A model generated the notes under the pieces. It was not told the DNA's origin and made no database searches. It worked only from the letters and a program-made list of their open reading frames with translations. Both the position numbers and the translations under genes were made by a program. A stretch of DNA of 35,791 nucleotides from Ministeria vibrans ATCC 50519 (lineage: Eukaryota; Protista; Filasterea), in the NCBI GenBank assembly GCA_943704425.1, contig CALSCP010001867.1, positions 1 to 35,791 of the forward strand. The letters run 5' to 3'. Positions 35,494 through 35,791 of this stretch are shown piece by piece. The number at the start of each line of letters is the position of its first letter. Position 1 is the first letter of the stretch.

Positions 35494-35646
35494 GACGAGC
35501 AACAATTGCGAGAAGCTCTTCGGGAGGTGGAGCTCACACGGCTGTTTGACCACCCCAACATCATTCCGATTGTTGCCAGCGAGAGTGTAGTGGACACGCG
35601 GATACACGGCACGCGCAACGTTCACATCGTGATGCCGTTCTTTCCG
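35494..35646 (+). CDS. Single internal exon of a Ser/Thr kinase (subdomains III-V), STK16/NAK-like
   Basis: A 153-nt exon bounded by AG and GT reads DEQQLREALREVELTRLFDHPNIIPIVASESVVDTRIHGTRNVHIVMPFFP, resembling STK16 (EAQREADMHRLFNHPNILRLV...LLLPFF). Confidence 0.75.
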
Positions 35647-35653
35647 GTAGACA

Positions 35654-35692
35654 GTGTGTGTGTGAGAGAGAGTATGTGTGTGAGAGAGAGTA

Positions 35693-35791
<99 letters not shown>
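35654..35791. repeat. (TG)n/(GA)n microsatellites, intronic
   Basis: Seen directly. Confidence 0.95.

Overview
Gene-dense, intron-rich DNA from a eukaryote using the standard code and GT-AG introns, with AT-rich spacers, many microsatellites and one N-gap. The gene content (TEAD with a YAP-binding-type domain, HPS6, a cadherin) suggests a unicellular amorphean or holozoan-like protist; this is inference only. Manual splicing gives, in order: a 5'-truncated bacterial-type glutamine-synthetase-like ligase (+), TEAD/Scalloped (+), HPS6-like (+), mitochondrial uL18 (+), an ankyrin relic (-), a GT64/EXTL2-like glycosyltransferase (-), a signal-peptide- and TDEL-bearing FAD fumarate reductase (-), DCAF6/IQWD1 (+), a 1469-aa NLR-like STAND protein (-), a DHU1-like LRR-WD40 protein (-), a giant PA14/EGF/cadherin adhesin (+), and an orphan STK16-like kinase exon (+). 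The headline candidate is the STAND gene. Four small upstream exons, not joined in the ORF track, splice in frame to put a CXorf38/DUF4559-like HEPN domain with an intact R-N-x3-H RNase motif in front of an APAF-1-like NB-ARC, helical and WD40 body: a putative ribonuclease-effector NLR. All family calls come from motif recognition by eye; no database search was run.
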